64,000 bases of DNA from an uncultured Alphaproteobacteria bacterium (GTDB taxonomy: Bacteria; Pseudomonadota; Alphaproteobacteria; Rs-D84): positions 31,708-95,707 of the forward strand of contig CAJOHU010000001.1 in assembly GCA_905234465.1 (NCBI GenBank), given 5' to 3'. The translations under genes were made by a program, and so were the position numbers. Below are positions 38,786 to 48,178 of this stretch, in pieces. The notes under the pieces were generated by a model. That model was not told where the DNA came from and made no database searches. It saw only the letters and a program-made list of their open reading frames with translations. The number at the start of each line of letters is the position of its first letter. Position 1 is the stretch's first letter.

Positions 38786-39406
38786 ATGGCAATAGAATTA
38801 AATGCAGAAATACGCAATGTTGCTGGCAAGGGGGCCGCGCGTGCAATTCGTAAAAACAAGAATATTCCCGCTGTGATTTATGGTGAAAAGAAAGAACCCG
38901 TCGCGATTGAAATTGCAGGTCGTGATTTTGATGCGTTGGTTCAAACACCGTCATTACGCACAAAATTGTTCCATATCGCAACCAAGGCGGGCAAAGAAGA
39001 TGCGATGTTGATGGATATTCAATATCATCCCGTGACAGACCGGGTTATTCATGCTGATTTTAAGCGTATTGATGTCAAAAAACCTGTTTGTGTGTCCGTT
39101 CCGGTGGAAGTTGTTAATGCCGATATTTCCAAAGGATTAAAATTGGGGGGCGTTTTGAACTTTGCGGTACGTAAGGTTTTGGTTGTCGCATTGGTTGATA
39201 AATTGCCGGAAAAAATAACGATTGATTTGACCGATTTGACGATTGGTGATTCAGTTCACGGTTCTGATTTGGTCTTGCCAGAAGGCGTTTCATTGGGACT
39301 GCACCAGGCAGAATTGGCATTTGCCACAATCGGCGGTAAGATGCCAGAAGAAGCAGATGCAAAACCGGCACCTGCGGCGGCAGCAGCCCCAGCAGACAAG
39401 AAGTAA
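38786..39406 (+). CDS. rplY: 50S ribosomal protein L25/Ctc
   Basis: GKGAARAIR..IPAVIYG, DIQYHPV..HADF, GLKLGG. Confidence 0.97.
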   Translation: MAIELNAEIRNVAGKGAARAIRKNKNIPAVIYGEKKEPVAIEIAGRDFDALVQTPSLRTKLFHIATKAGKEDAMLMDIQYHPVTDRVIHADFKRIDVKKPVCVSVPVEVVNADISKGLKLGGVLNFAVRKVLVVALVDKLPEKITIDLTDLTIGDSVHGSDLVLPEGVSLGLHQAELAFATIGGKMPEEADAKPAPAAAAAPADKK

Positions 39407-39490
39407 TTCTTGGGCATACAGTATGTTAGTAAAACGGTGGCGGTTGCGCCGCCGTTTCTTTTTAATTGGTATTATTTTTATTCCTATGGT

Positions 39491-39518
39491 CTTGAAATCG
39501 GTTTTGGGATAACTATAT
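39491..39518 (+). promoter_or_regulatory. RpoH-like (or sigma70) promoter of dnaK
   Basis: CTTGAA-16 bp-CTATAT resembles the alphaproteobacterial heat-shock consensus. Confidence 0.55.
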
Positions 39519-39557
39519 CTGTGTCATACAAGATTGATATACTAAGGAGTAATAAAA

Positions 39558-41459
39558 ATGGGAAAAGTTTTAGGTATTGATTTAGGTACTACTAATTCTG
39601 CCATGGCATTTATGGATGGAAATGATCCAAAAATTATTGAAAATGCCGAAGGTGGTCGTACAACACCGTCTGTGGTGGCGATGACATCAGGTGGTGAACA
39701 GTTGGTCGGTATTACCGCAAAAAACCAAGCGGTCACAAATCCTGAAAACACTATATACGAAATTAAGCGTCTTATGGGATTGCGTTTTGACAGTCCCGCG
39801 GTACGTGAAATCATGGCACGTGTACCATATAAAATTGTTGCGGGCGATAATGGTGATGCATGGGTTGAAATGGATGGTAAAAAATATGCTCCGTCCCAGA
39901 TTTCTGCAATGATTTTGGCTAAATTGAAAAAAGACGCAGAAAGTTATCTTGGTGAAACAGTGACGGATGCTGTTATTACTGTGCCGGCATATTTTAATGA
40001 TTCACAACGCCAGGCAACAAAAGACGCTGGGCGTATTGCCGGATTGAATGTTTTGCGTATCGTTAATGAACCAACCGCGGCGGCGTTAGCGTATGGTTTA
40101 GACAAAGATAAAAACGGAACTATCGTTGTGTATGACCTTGGTGGTGGTACATTTGATGTGTCTGTGTTGGAAATCGTTGACGGTGTATTTGAAGTTAAAT
40201 CTACCAACGGTGATACTGCATTGGGTGGATCTGATTTTGATGCACGCGTGTTGAAATACCTTATTGAAGAATTCAAATCACAAACAGGTATTGATTTATC
40301 GGGCGATAAATTGGCGTTGCAACGTTTGAAAGAAGCGGCGGAAAAAGCCAAGATTGAATTGTCGTCTAAGACATCAACCGATATTAACCTGCCCTTTTTA
40401 ACCGCGGATGCGTCGGGTCCAAAGCACTTTAATATCACTTTGACACGTGCAAAGTTGGAATCTTTGGTTTCTGATTTGATTGAACGCACTATTGAACCTT
40501 GCCGCAAAGCGTTAAAAGATGCGGGTATTGAAAAATCTCAAATTAATGAAGTCATATTGGTCGGTGGTCAAACCCGTATGCCAAAAGTTGTTGAAACAGT
40601 AAAAGAATTCTTTGGGCGCGAACCACACAAAGGCGTTAACCCGGACGAAGTTGTCGCAATGGGTGCCGCAATTCAGGGTGGTGTGTTAAAAGGCGATGTC
40701 AAAGATGTTTTGTTGTTGGATGTCACACCGTTGTCTTTGGGTATTGAAACACTGGGTGGTGTGTTTACGCGTCTTATTGACCGCAACACAACAATTCCAA
40801 CCAAGAAATCCCAAGTGTTCTCAACCGCAGAAGACAACCAATCGGCGGTGACAATCCGTGTGTTCCAAGGCGAACGCGATATGGCGGCAGATAACAAACT
40901 GTTGGGGCAATTCAACCTTGAAGGTATTGCACCTGCGCCGCGCGGAATGCCACAAATTGAAGTATCTTTTGATATTGACGCGAATGGCATTGTCCATGTG
41001 TCTGCAAAAGATAAAGGCACCGGTAAAGAACAGGCGATTTCTATTAAGTCTGATGGTGGTCTGTCCGAAGAAGAAATTAAACGCATGGTTGATGAAGCCG
41101 CGGCAAATGCAGAATCTGATAAAAAGAAGAAAGAATTAGCGGAAGCTAAAAATAATGCGGAAACTGCTATCTTTACAATAGAAAAGTCTTTGAAAGAATA
41201 TGGCGATAAAATATCAGCCGATGAAAAGAATGCCATTGAGGCCGCCAAGAAAGAATTGTCTGACGAATTGGCGAAATCTGATGCGAACACCGAAAGTCTT
41301 AAATCCAAGACCGAAGTGTTAACAGAAAAAGCCATGAAGTTGGGTGAAGCGGTGTACAAAGCGCAACAGGAAGCCCAGCAGAGTGCCGGTGACGCAAACG
41401 CGGCGTCAGATGATTCTAAATCTGATGGTGCACGTGACGCAGATTTTTCTGAGAAATAA
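39558..41459 (+). CDS. dnaK: Chaperone DnaK
   Basis: [37 protein letters not shown]. Confidence 0.99.
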   Translation: MGKVLGIDLGTTNSAMAFMDGNDPKIIENAEGGRTTPSVVAMTSGGEQLVGITAKNQAVTNPENTIYEIKRLMGLRFDSPAVREIMARVPYKIVAGDNGDAWVEMDGKKYAPSQISAMILAKLKKDAESYLGETVTDAVITVPAYFNDSQRQATKDAGRIAGLNVLRIVNEPTAAALAYGLDKDKNGTIVVYDLGGGTFDVSVLEIVDGVFEVKSTNGDTALGGSDFDARVLKYLIEEFKSQTGIDLSGDKLALQRLKEAAEKAKIELSSKTSTDINLPFLTADASGPKHFNITLTRAKLESLVSDLIERTIEPCRKALKDAGIEKSQINEVILVGGQTRMPKVVETVKEFFGREPHKGVNPDEVVAMGAAIQGGVLKGDVKDVLLLDVTPLSLGIETLGGVFTRLIDRNTTIPTKKSQVFSTAEDNQSAVTIRVFQGERDMAADNKLLGQFNLEGIAPAPRGMPQIEVSFDIDANGIVHVSAKDKGTGKEQAISIKSDGGLSEEEIKRMVDEAAANAESDKKKKELAEAKNNAETAIFTIEKSLKEYGDKISADEKNAIEAAKKELSDELAKSDANTESLKSKTEVLTEKAMKLGEAVYKAQQEAQQSAGDANAASDDSKSDGARDADFSEK

Positions 41460-41479
41460 TTATAGTTCTGAGACTAAAA

Positions 41480-41503
41480 AATGTGGGGCATTTGCCCCAC
41501 ATT
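41480..41503. terminator. Bidirectional terminator between dnaK and pfkA
   Basis: AATGTGGGGC-attt-GCCCCACATT. Confidence 0.75.
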
Positions 41504-41504
41504 T

Positions 41505-42584
41505 CTATTTTGTTTGACCAATATATATGTTCATACTGGTCGCCACACCCAAAAGCGGGTCATCCGGTTCAACATATGCGTTTGATGTGCACAAATCTGG
41601 AATATTCGGATCGCGTGAAATGTCGCCAGATTCATAGAATTCTGATAATGGCACAGTCACACATTTGCCCCCACGCAGCGCCGTCATAACATTTGTTTCG
41701 CGATTTTCAATCGCATTCAGCGCACATGTCACCATTTTTGCCGCAATTATACGATCGTTTGCAATGGTATCCCCGGTGCGTTGAATATAATCAGGAAATG
41801 CCGTACGATTTGGAATTTCTGCCGCAGTTAGTTTGCGTGAAATCATATCCGCCGGTCTTCCAGAATGCCCCCGCAAAGTTATTCCTTCGGATACCATAAT
41901 AATACCATAATCGCGACCAACATTCCGAATGTGTTTAATTAAATCATCAACATTAAATTTGATTTCAGGAATAATAATCGCATCCGCACCAAACGCGACA
42001 CCGGCGTTCAACGCCAATCGCCCACATTCGCGCCCCATTGTTTGAACAACAAACCAACGATGATGACTGCGCGATGTTAGTATTAATTGGTCACAATATT
42101 TAACCAGTTCATTAACCGCGGTATCAAATCCAATTGTTCTTTCTGTGATTGGTATATCAAAATCTATGGTTTTTGGAATACATACCAAGGACAGATTTGA
42201 ATAAATATCATTATTCTTGTATGCCAAAGACAAACTGCCGTTGCCACCAACCAAAATCAATGCATCCAAATTTAATGTTGTTAAAGACTTTTTCAATGTC
42301 TTGTTAAACAGACCAAGACGACCTGATTTCGCCGCGGTTTCAAAATTCATAACGCCAATGTTGCCGTTGTGTAAAAAACTGCCCGCAAGGCGCGCGTTCT
42401 CTATTGGCACTGTGTCGGGTGTTAATTCAACAGCATTCGCAGGAATACAACAAAGCCCGTCTGTGCCATCTATGATTCCGTATGTACGCCATCCACGTGC
42501 ATGCGCCCCACAAACAATCCGATTTATAACCGTATTTAAACCACTGCAGTCACCACCCGTGGTCATAATTCCAATCTTTTTCAT
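41505..42584 (-). CDS. pfkA: 6-phosphofructokinase (PfkA family)
   Basis: TGGDCSGLN, GGNGS, PKTIDFD, MGRECG, YIQR. Confidence 0.92.
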   Translation of the reverse strand: MKKIGIMTTGGDCSGLNTVINRIVCGAHARGWRTYGIIDGTDGLCCIPANAVELTPDTVPIENARLAGSFLHNGNIGVMNFETAAKSGRLGLFNKTLKKSLTTLNLDALILVGGNGSLSLAYKNNDIYSNLSLVCIPKTIDFDIPITERTIGFDTAVNELVKYCDQLILTSRSHHRWFVVQTMGRECGRLALNAGVAFGADAIIIPEIKFNVDDLIKHIRNVGRDYGIIMVSEGITLRGHSGRPADMISRKLTAAEIPNRTAFPDYIQRTGDTIANDRIIAAKMVTCALNAIENRETNVMTALRGGKCVTVPLSEFYESGDISRDPNIPDLCTSNAYVEPDDPLLGVATSMNIYIGQTK

Positions 42585-42687
42585 TTTTCCCCCGTTTATT
42601 GGGAAATTATATCACAAATAAGTTGACAAAGAAAGTTTTTTTATGCTATTTTGTCCAATAGTAAAAGCATCCTTAGGAGATATTGCT

Positions 42688-43848
42688 ATGGCAACAAATA
42701 ATACCGCTGTTATGGGCAAGACGAAACGTTCAACAGATAATATGATTGACGATGCGATTGCACGACAGAATGATTGGTTGGCTAATCGGCGAATTTTTAC
42801 ACGCAGATTCTTAAAAACTTTGAATGTGTATCCCGATGAAGAACAAAAAAAACAGCCCGTGGCCGTCAAACAAGAACGTGAATCAAAAGACAATAAATCT
42901 GTGCTGCGGGAATATTGGTTCCCTATTCTGTGTGCGCTGATTGTGTTGTTGGTTGCAATATGGGTCGTTTTTATCAGAATTGGCACACCCCAGAAAGTTA
43001 TTGTGTTGAATACAGAAACATCACAAACAGAAAAAGTTGAACACAATACAATAAAAAATGTTCCGGAACTGGTGGACATTCCAACATTTGATATTGTGCG
43101 AATCAAAGAAAATGGTATCGTTGTCGCGGGACGGTGGTTGCCGAATAAAACAATTTCTGTATTAATGAACAATAAACTAGTCGCAACCGAACAGACCGAT
43201 GCAAATGGCGAATTTGTTTATGCACCGACAAACGGTTTGAAACCCGGCAATTATACATTGTCGTTGATTGGGGTTGAACCAAAAACAAAGTCTGTGGACA
43301 AGGTTTTTTTATATATATCCGAGGCAGATTTCAGAAATTCTGTTTCATTGCTTATGACACCCAACGGCAGTCGTGTTTTACAGTCTCCATCTATTTTAAC
43401 TGATGGTGATTTGGTTGTGTCCAAGATAGACTATTTGGACACAGGACGCATAATCGTCACAGGGGATGCGTTGCCGCGGTTGCGTGTATCTCTATCATTA
43501 AATGACAAATATATTGGTCTTGCGCGTGTGTCAGATTATAAACACTTTGGTGTTGGTGCAGATGTTGGCAAATTAGAACCTGGAAATCGTTACGATTTAA
43601 CTGTACGATTGCATGACGGCGATGGGCAAACAATCGCAACAGTTAATCACAGTTTTATTATGCCGGAAATGACCGGCGATAACGACACATTTTATACTGT
43701 GCGGCGTGGTGATTGTTTGTGGGTGATTGCACGCAATTTCTTGCGTCGCGGTGTGTTGTTCAGCATAATTGCCGAACGCAACAGTATTGAAAACCCAGAT
43801 TTAATTTTCACAAATCAATTACTACAAATTCCAACAAAAAATAATTAA
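42688..43848 (+). CDS. Membrane-anchored Ig-like + LysM domain protein
   Basis: TM helix, PTFDIVRI...VVAGR, C-terminal YTVRRGDCLWVIA...NPDLIF. Confidence 0.88.
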   Translation: MATNNTAVMGKTKRSTDNMIDDAIARQNDWLANRRIFTRRFLKTLNVYPDEEQKKQPVAVKQERESKDNKSVLREYWFPILCALIVLLVAIWVVFIRIGTPQKVIVLNTETSQTEKVEHNTIKNVPELVDIPTFDIVRIKENGIVVAGRWLPNKTISVLMNNKLVATEQTDANGEFVYAPTNGLKPGNYTLSLIGVEPKTKSVDKVFLYISEADFRNSVSLLMTPNGSRVLQSPSILTDGDLVVSKIDYLDTGRIIVTGDALPRLRVSLSLNDKYIGLARVSDYKHFGVGADVGKLEPGNRYDLTVRLHDGDGQTIATVNHSFIMPEMTGDNDTFYTVRRGDCLWVIARNFLRRGVLFSIIAERNSIENPDLIFTNQLLQIPTKNN

Positions 43849-43862
43849 GGTGGTGCAAAGAA

Positions 43863-44324
43863 ATGACAGAAGAAGAAGTAAGTATTATTCTTGCCGGCAT
43901 ATTAAAACATTGGAAAACATTAAGTCCCGCTGAACTTAAAAGTCTGTTAAAGATTCTTATTGTTCGTGGTGATTTGCCGATATGTCCGGCGTGCAAGCAA
44001 CCCATATTAACCATTCAAGACAATTCTTTTGATCATGTTATTCCTGAATCTAAGGGTGGACCAACCGAAGCCGGGAATCTGCAACCTATGCATAAATGGT
44101 GCAATGTGGAAAAAGATGATGAAATATACGAACAATATTTTTGCCATGTTGATCCGGAACTGTTGGCACAGATGATTAAACAAGGCAAAGCCAAAGGTTC
44201 ACATGTGGCACGCAAATCTAAACAAAGATATGATAATGAACCCAAGGGACGTCGCAATCATGTTCGTATAAAGGGCGGTTGCGATATGACATCTTTTAAC
44301 AACAGCAATGGTCGTCACAGATAA
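43863..44324 (+). CDS. HNH endonuclease
   Basis: CPAC...FDHVIPESKGG....NLQPMHKWCNVEK. Confidence 0.88.
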   Translation: MTEEEVSIILAGILKHWKTLSPAELKSLLKILIVRGDLPICPACKQPILTIQDNSFDHVIPESKGGPTEAGNLQPMHKWCNVEKDDEIYEQYFCHVDPELLAQMIKQGKAKGSHVARKSKQRYDNEPKGRRNHVRIKGGCDMTSFNNSNGRHR

Positions 44325-44384
44325 GGTTCAAAATTTTTATTCTGGACAATTATGGGGTTGTGATATAAAATAACATCCTATATT

Positions 44385-44458
44385 GCGGGCGTGGTATAAT
44401 GGCAGCACGAAAGCTTCCCAAGCTTTAGACGAGGGTTCGATTCCCTTCGCCCGCACCA
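44385..44458 (+). tRNA. tRNA-Gly(CCC)
   Basis: GCGGGCG acceptor stem, AAAGC-TTCCCAA-GCTTT anticodon arm, GGTTCGATTCC T-arm, encoded CCA. Confidence 0.96.
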
Positions 44459-44555
44459 AAGTTCAATCTATTGATGCGGTTAGTCGGGTAACCTTGTAAT
44501 GCGCGCATCAACTCGTTGCTAATAACGCAACTCGTTGTGTGTTTGTATACTCGGT

Positions 44556-44573
44556 TTCCCTTCGCCCGCACCA
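44556..44573 (+). repeat. Exact 18-bp duplicate of the tRNA-Gly 3' end
   Basis: TTCCCTTCGCCCGCACCA identical to 44441-44458. Confidence 0.92.
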
Positions 44574-44682
44574 TCCGCCTTCGCTTAGCGCTGCGGCAGC
44601 GATTTTGTGCCACACCCCGCCGGTTTCGCTGATATGGCAGATTTTATAAAAAGACATTGTCGATAAACAAAAGGTAAATAAA

Positions 44683-45258
44683 ATGACAAATAATGATAAT
44701 TATGCAAAAAAAGAAATACAATCTGATGACCCAATAATTCAAAAATGTTTGGATATTATTCGTAATCCAAAAGCCTGGGTATCAGATTTAGCCGATGCCG
44801 GCTATTACACTGTACATATTGGTAATAAAGAATATTTTACGTTTAATAAAATATGTGCTTTTGGGCTAGGCACAAAATACAAAATTACAGTGAATGTGCA
44901 AGATTATAATTTTAGTGGCGAAAGACCGGATTTGGAAGATTTGCATAGATTATGTGTTGCCAAATATAAAGAACAATCACAAGAAAGGGAAAAGAATACA
45001 CTGGATTTTTTGAATGATGTCGACAAAGCCCAAAAGGCGAATAAAAATAATGGTACCGCGACGTTTGTTTTGTTGATGGGATTGGCGATAGCGGGTATTA
45101 TCAGTCCTGCTGTGATACGTGGCATACAAGAGAAAAAAGCGCAACGCGTGAATAAACAGGTCGAAGCATTTGAAAAAACTTTGCCGGCAGAGTACTTGGA
45201 ACAAAAACATGCGGTTGAGCATTATCGTGATAGTTTAATGCATGTCAAAGGACGGTAA
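44683..45258 (+). CDS. Hypothetical membrane-anchored protein
   Basis: AAAGG RBS; one TM segment FVLLMGLAIAGIISPAVI. Confidence 0.75.
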   Translation: MTNNDNYAKKEIQSDDPIIQKCLDIIRNPKAWVSDLADAGYYTVHIGNKEYFTFNKICAFGLGTKYKITVNVQDYNFSGERPDLEDLHRLCVAKYKEQSQEREKNTLDFLNDVDKAQKANKNNGTATFVLLMGLAIAGIISPAVIRGIQEKKAQRVNKQVEAFEKTLPAEYLEQKHAVEHYRDSLMHVKGR

Positions 45259-45322
45259 TAAAAACCTATCATTTACACCAATTTTATGATATAATTCCCC
45301 TGTTGTCACAGGGGGATTTTTT

Positions 45323-45616
45323 ATGAAAGAAATAATTGCTTATGCTTTTTTATCTGTTTATACCGTTTTGGAATTCGTTGCCTATATACCGCAAATAGTT
45401 AAGATATTAAAGACCCGGCATGCTGATGATTTAAGTTTAACATCTTGGTTTGTATGGATTACAACCGATTTGTCTTATTTGGGATATGTTCTGTTGGAAA
45501 CGCCGCAATTTGGTGTGATATTTATCGCTACACTAGATTTGGTATTTATTGTGACCGTATTTTTGTTAACCGCATATTATCAAAAACACAACAAACGCAG
45601 AAAAAATTGCAGTTAG
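45323..45616 (+). CDS. SemiSWEET/PQ-loop family transporter
   Basis: AYIPQIVKILKTRHADDLS, three TM helices, 97 aa. Confidence 0.85.
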   Translation: MKEIIAYAFLSVYTVLEFVAYIPQIVKILKTRHADDLSLTSWFVWITTDLSYLGYVLLETPQFGVIFIATLDLVFIVTVFLLTAYYQKHNKRRKNCS

Positions 45617-45732
45617 TTGTTTTAATAAATAAACACATCCACTTTATCTGTTTTCATATTTTATCATTGCTTTTTACTTTACATCGCGGTATACATGTAT
45701 TCGTATAGAGAATTAAAAAGAAAGGAGAATTC

Positions 45733-46713
45733 ATGAAACCATATATATTTATTGCGTTGCTTGTGGGACTGACCGCGTGTAATAATGGTGATACGGTGCA
45801 CCAACATGACCCCATTGACAAAAAAATTTCGGACAGCAATCGTATTGTGACACATATGGCAACAAAAGTTATGGTCTCGCAAGAAAATCGTTCGGATGAC
45901 CGCGAGTATGTTAAATACAAACTGGACAATGTGAACCTTAGCAGTCTTATAACACCGGGCGAAACCAGTAATCTGAAATTCACAGTATCCCCAGATGGAG
46001 AAATTATTGGTATCCAGTTTGAAACAGATTCTAACAGTATCCCAGAAGCATGGAAAAGCGAGATGACACGCCAAACCGGAACAAACAGATTTGTTAGTGA
46101 ATCTGATGAAAATTTGGGCGCCGCAACGGTGACATATAACAGTTATGCAAAACATCTGAATTTGCATTATGCAGATTTTGGTGTCGCAGAATTCAAATTT
46201 ACCGAGGATGGCGTGGAAAAAACTGCAAATGCGCCGTTTGCTGGCGGATACGCGGTCAAGAAAATAGAACAACAAAGTATGTCAAATGAACCGATTGTGT
46301 TTAATGGAACGGCGCGTGGCAATGTAGAATATGCCAATAGCACAGAACACGCGTTCTTGCCGGTACAGGACCGAAGTGCACAAATGACATTTGATAATGG
46401 AATTGAAACATTAAGTGCTAATTTTAAAAATTGGCATAAAATGGACATAGAAAAAGATGGCGATACAATCAATGTTTCTTTTGCCAGCCCAATAAACCCA
46501 GATGATGATATAGATACGCGTTTCCAAATGAATGGTACAAATGACACAGTACGGTTTATGGAAACGGGATATTATGGTTCGGACAATCGTCCATCTGAAG
46601 CGGTCGCACTGTTTGAATACCAGGAAAAAATAGACCCGTCACAAGACGCGCGCGACAACAACCGAACGGTTTATGTCGGGTTTGGGGGTAAAGATGCAGG
46701 TATTTCTGAATAA
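45733..46713 (+). CDS. Lipoprotein with probable TbpB-like C-terminal beta-barrel
   Basis: Lipobox LTA-C; FNGTARG, beta-rich body, terminal VYVGFGGK. Confidence 0.7.
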   Translation: MKPYIFIALLVGLTACNNGDTVHQHDPIDKKISDSNRIVTHMATKVMVSQENRSDDREYVKYKLDNVNLSSLITPGETSNLKFTVSPDGEIIGIQFETDSNSIPEAWKSEMTRQTGTNRFVSESDENLGAATVTYNSYAKHLNLHYADFGVAEFKFTEDGVEKTANAPFAGGYAVKKIEQQSMSNEPIVFNGTARGNVEYANSTEHAFLPVQDRSAQMTFDNGIETLSANFKNWHKMDIEKDGDTINVSFASPINPDDDIDTRFQMNGTNDTVRFMETGYYGSDNRPSEAVALFEYQEKIDPSQDARDNNRTVYVGFGGKDAGISE

Positions 46714-46717
46714 TAAG

Positions 46718-46747
46718 AAACGGTGGTGATTAATCGCCACCGTTTTT
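46718..46747 (+). terminator. Intrinsic terminator (AAACGGTGG family)
   Basis: AAACGGTGGTGA-ttaa-TCGCCACCGTTTTT. Confidence 0.8.
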
Positions 46748-46764
46748 ACATATCGTTAACAAAC

Positions 46765-46793
46765 TTGACTTTTTAATATTTTTATTTCATAAT
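46765..46793 (+). promoter_or_regulatory. Sigma70-type promoter of the rpsP operon
   Basis: TTGACT-17 bp-CATAAT. Confidence 0.65.
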
Positions 46794-46933
46794 ACACACG
46801 CAAATCCCACAAGATTGCCATTTTAATCGTTCCTGTATGCGGTATGCATAAGGCACATCATCCGATGAGTTTCATCCTTGATGGCGGTTTTTGTGTGGAC
46901 AAAAACAGTTTTAACCTAAAAAGGAGTAAAAAT

Positions 46934-47410
46934 ATGGCAACTGTTATTCGTTTGGCGCGCTATGGCGCAAAGAAACGTCCGTACTATCATATCGTCGTCG
47001 TGGATTCTCGCGTCGCCCGTAATTCTGGTAATGTATTGGAAGTTGTTGGTAAATATGACCCAATGTTGGCACGCGACAATGAAAAACGCGTAGTGTTAAA
47101 AATTGATGAAATCAAGGCATGGATGTCCAAGGGCGCAAAACCGTCTGACCGCGTATATCGTTTCTTGGCAAATGCGGGTTTGGTCGCAAAACGCGAAATT
47201 CCAAATCAGACCAAGAAAAACCTGCAAAGCGAAAAGACCATGCAGAAAATTAAAGATAAAGCTGATAAATTGGCAAAGATAGCCGAAGAAAAAGCCAAGG
47301 CAGAGGCAGAAGCCAAAGCCGCCGCCGAAGCACCAGCAGAAACCCCGGCACAAGAAACAGTATCTGAACCGGCACCATCAGAAACAACAATGGAAACCCA
47401 AGCAGAGTAA
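46934..47410 (+). CDS. rpsP: 30S ribosomal protein S16 with long C-terminal tail
   Basis: IRLARYGAKKRPYYHIVVVDSR, GAKPSDRV; AAGGAG RBS. Confidence 0.97.
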   Translation: MATVIRLARYGAKKRPYYHIVVVDSRVARNSGNVLEVVGKYDPMLARDNEKRVVLKIDEIKAWMSKGAKPSDRVYRFLANAGLVAKREIPNQTKKNLQSEKTMQKIKDKADKLAKIAEEKAKAEAEAKAAAEAPAETPAQETVSEPAPSETTMETQAE

Positions 47411-47419
47411 ACACCAACA

Positions 47420-47728
47420 ATGTCAAAATGGCGATTGAAAAAAGACATAATTAAAAATCCATGTCAGAAATATTCTTATACAGAATATATGAAGGCTTTG
47501 GACAATGTGTTTTATTCTGTCTTTTTCCAAGATGTTGAATTGCGCAAAATTCTGTGGGATTCGTACAGAATGGCTTTGTGGAATATCGCGTTGTATGCAA
47601 TAGAACATCATATTGATGAAATTCAACACATACAAAGCATTCAAAACATACTGTTGACAATTCCAGGATGTAAGATGCGGAGATTGCGTTATAAAAAACA
47701 ATTGGGATACAATGAAAGGCACCGATAA
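47420..47728 (+). CDS. Hypothetical protein inserted between rpsP and rimM
   Basis: 102-aa ORF filling the gap and overlapping the rimM start; no clear RBS. Confidence 0.5.
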   Translation: MSKWRLKKDIIKNPCQKYSYTEYMKALDNVFYSVFFQDVELRKILWDSYRMALWNIALYAIEHHIDEIQHIQSIQNILLTIPGCKMRRLRYKKQLGYNERHR

Positions 47729-48176
47729 TATATTTGTTGGAAAAATAGTTGCACCCCAGGGCATTCGGGGCGAGGTTCGTGTGCAGACTTTTACCGAACA
47801 TCCGTCAGATTTTAAAAATTTGGCGGTGTTCGGGGATGAAATTGCCAATGGTGCCATGCACTTTGTGCGCGTGGTCCCAAATACAAATGTAATTATCGCG
47901 CAAATTGACGGTGTTAATACCAGAAATGATGCAGAAAATCTGCGTGGGACAGAATTGTTTATTAAGCGCGAAAATCTGCCACCAATTAAATCAGGGGAAT
48001 ATTACCAGGCAGATTTAATCGGCATGACAGTCGTGCGTAATGGAACTGAAATTGGGCGTGTTGTTTGCTTTCAGAACTTTGGTGCCGGCGACATCATGGA
48101 ATTGGATAACGGCGAAATGGTTGCCTTTCGTGGCGCAAAGGTAGATTTTAATACAAATACGATTTATGCGGAGTGA
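47712..48176 (+). CDS. rimM: 16S rRNA processing protein RimM
   Basis: VGKIVAPQGIRGEV, RNDAENLRG, EYYQADLIG, NFGAGDI. Confidence 0.95.
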   Translation: MKGTDNIFVGKIVAPQGIRGEVRVQTFTEHPSDFKNLAVFGDEIANGAMHFVRVVPNTNVIIAQIDGVNTRNDAENLRGTELFIKRENLPPIKSGEYYQADLIGMTVVRNGTEIGRVVCFQNFGAGDIMELDNGEMVAFRGAKVDFNTNTIYAE

Positions 48177-48178
48177 TA

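Noticed and set aside
40673..41359. Long antisense ORFs in dnaK (also 39944..40507)
   Set aside because: Well-known antisense open frames of Hsp70 genes arising from codon bias
44425..44613. 62-aa ORF
   Set aside because: Overlaps tRNA-Gly and its duplicated end on the opposite strand
45294..45322. RBS-sequestering RNA thermometer for the SemiSWEET gene
   Set aside because: TATAAT at 45290-45295 would start transcription inside the stem; better explained as the terminator of the upstream gene
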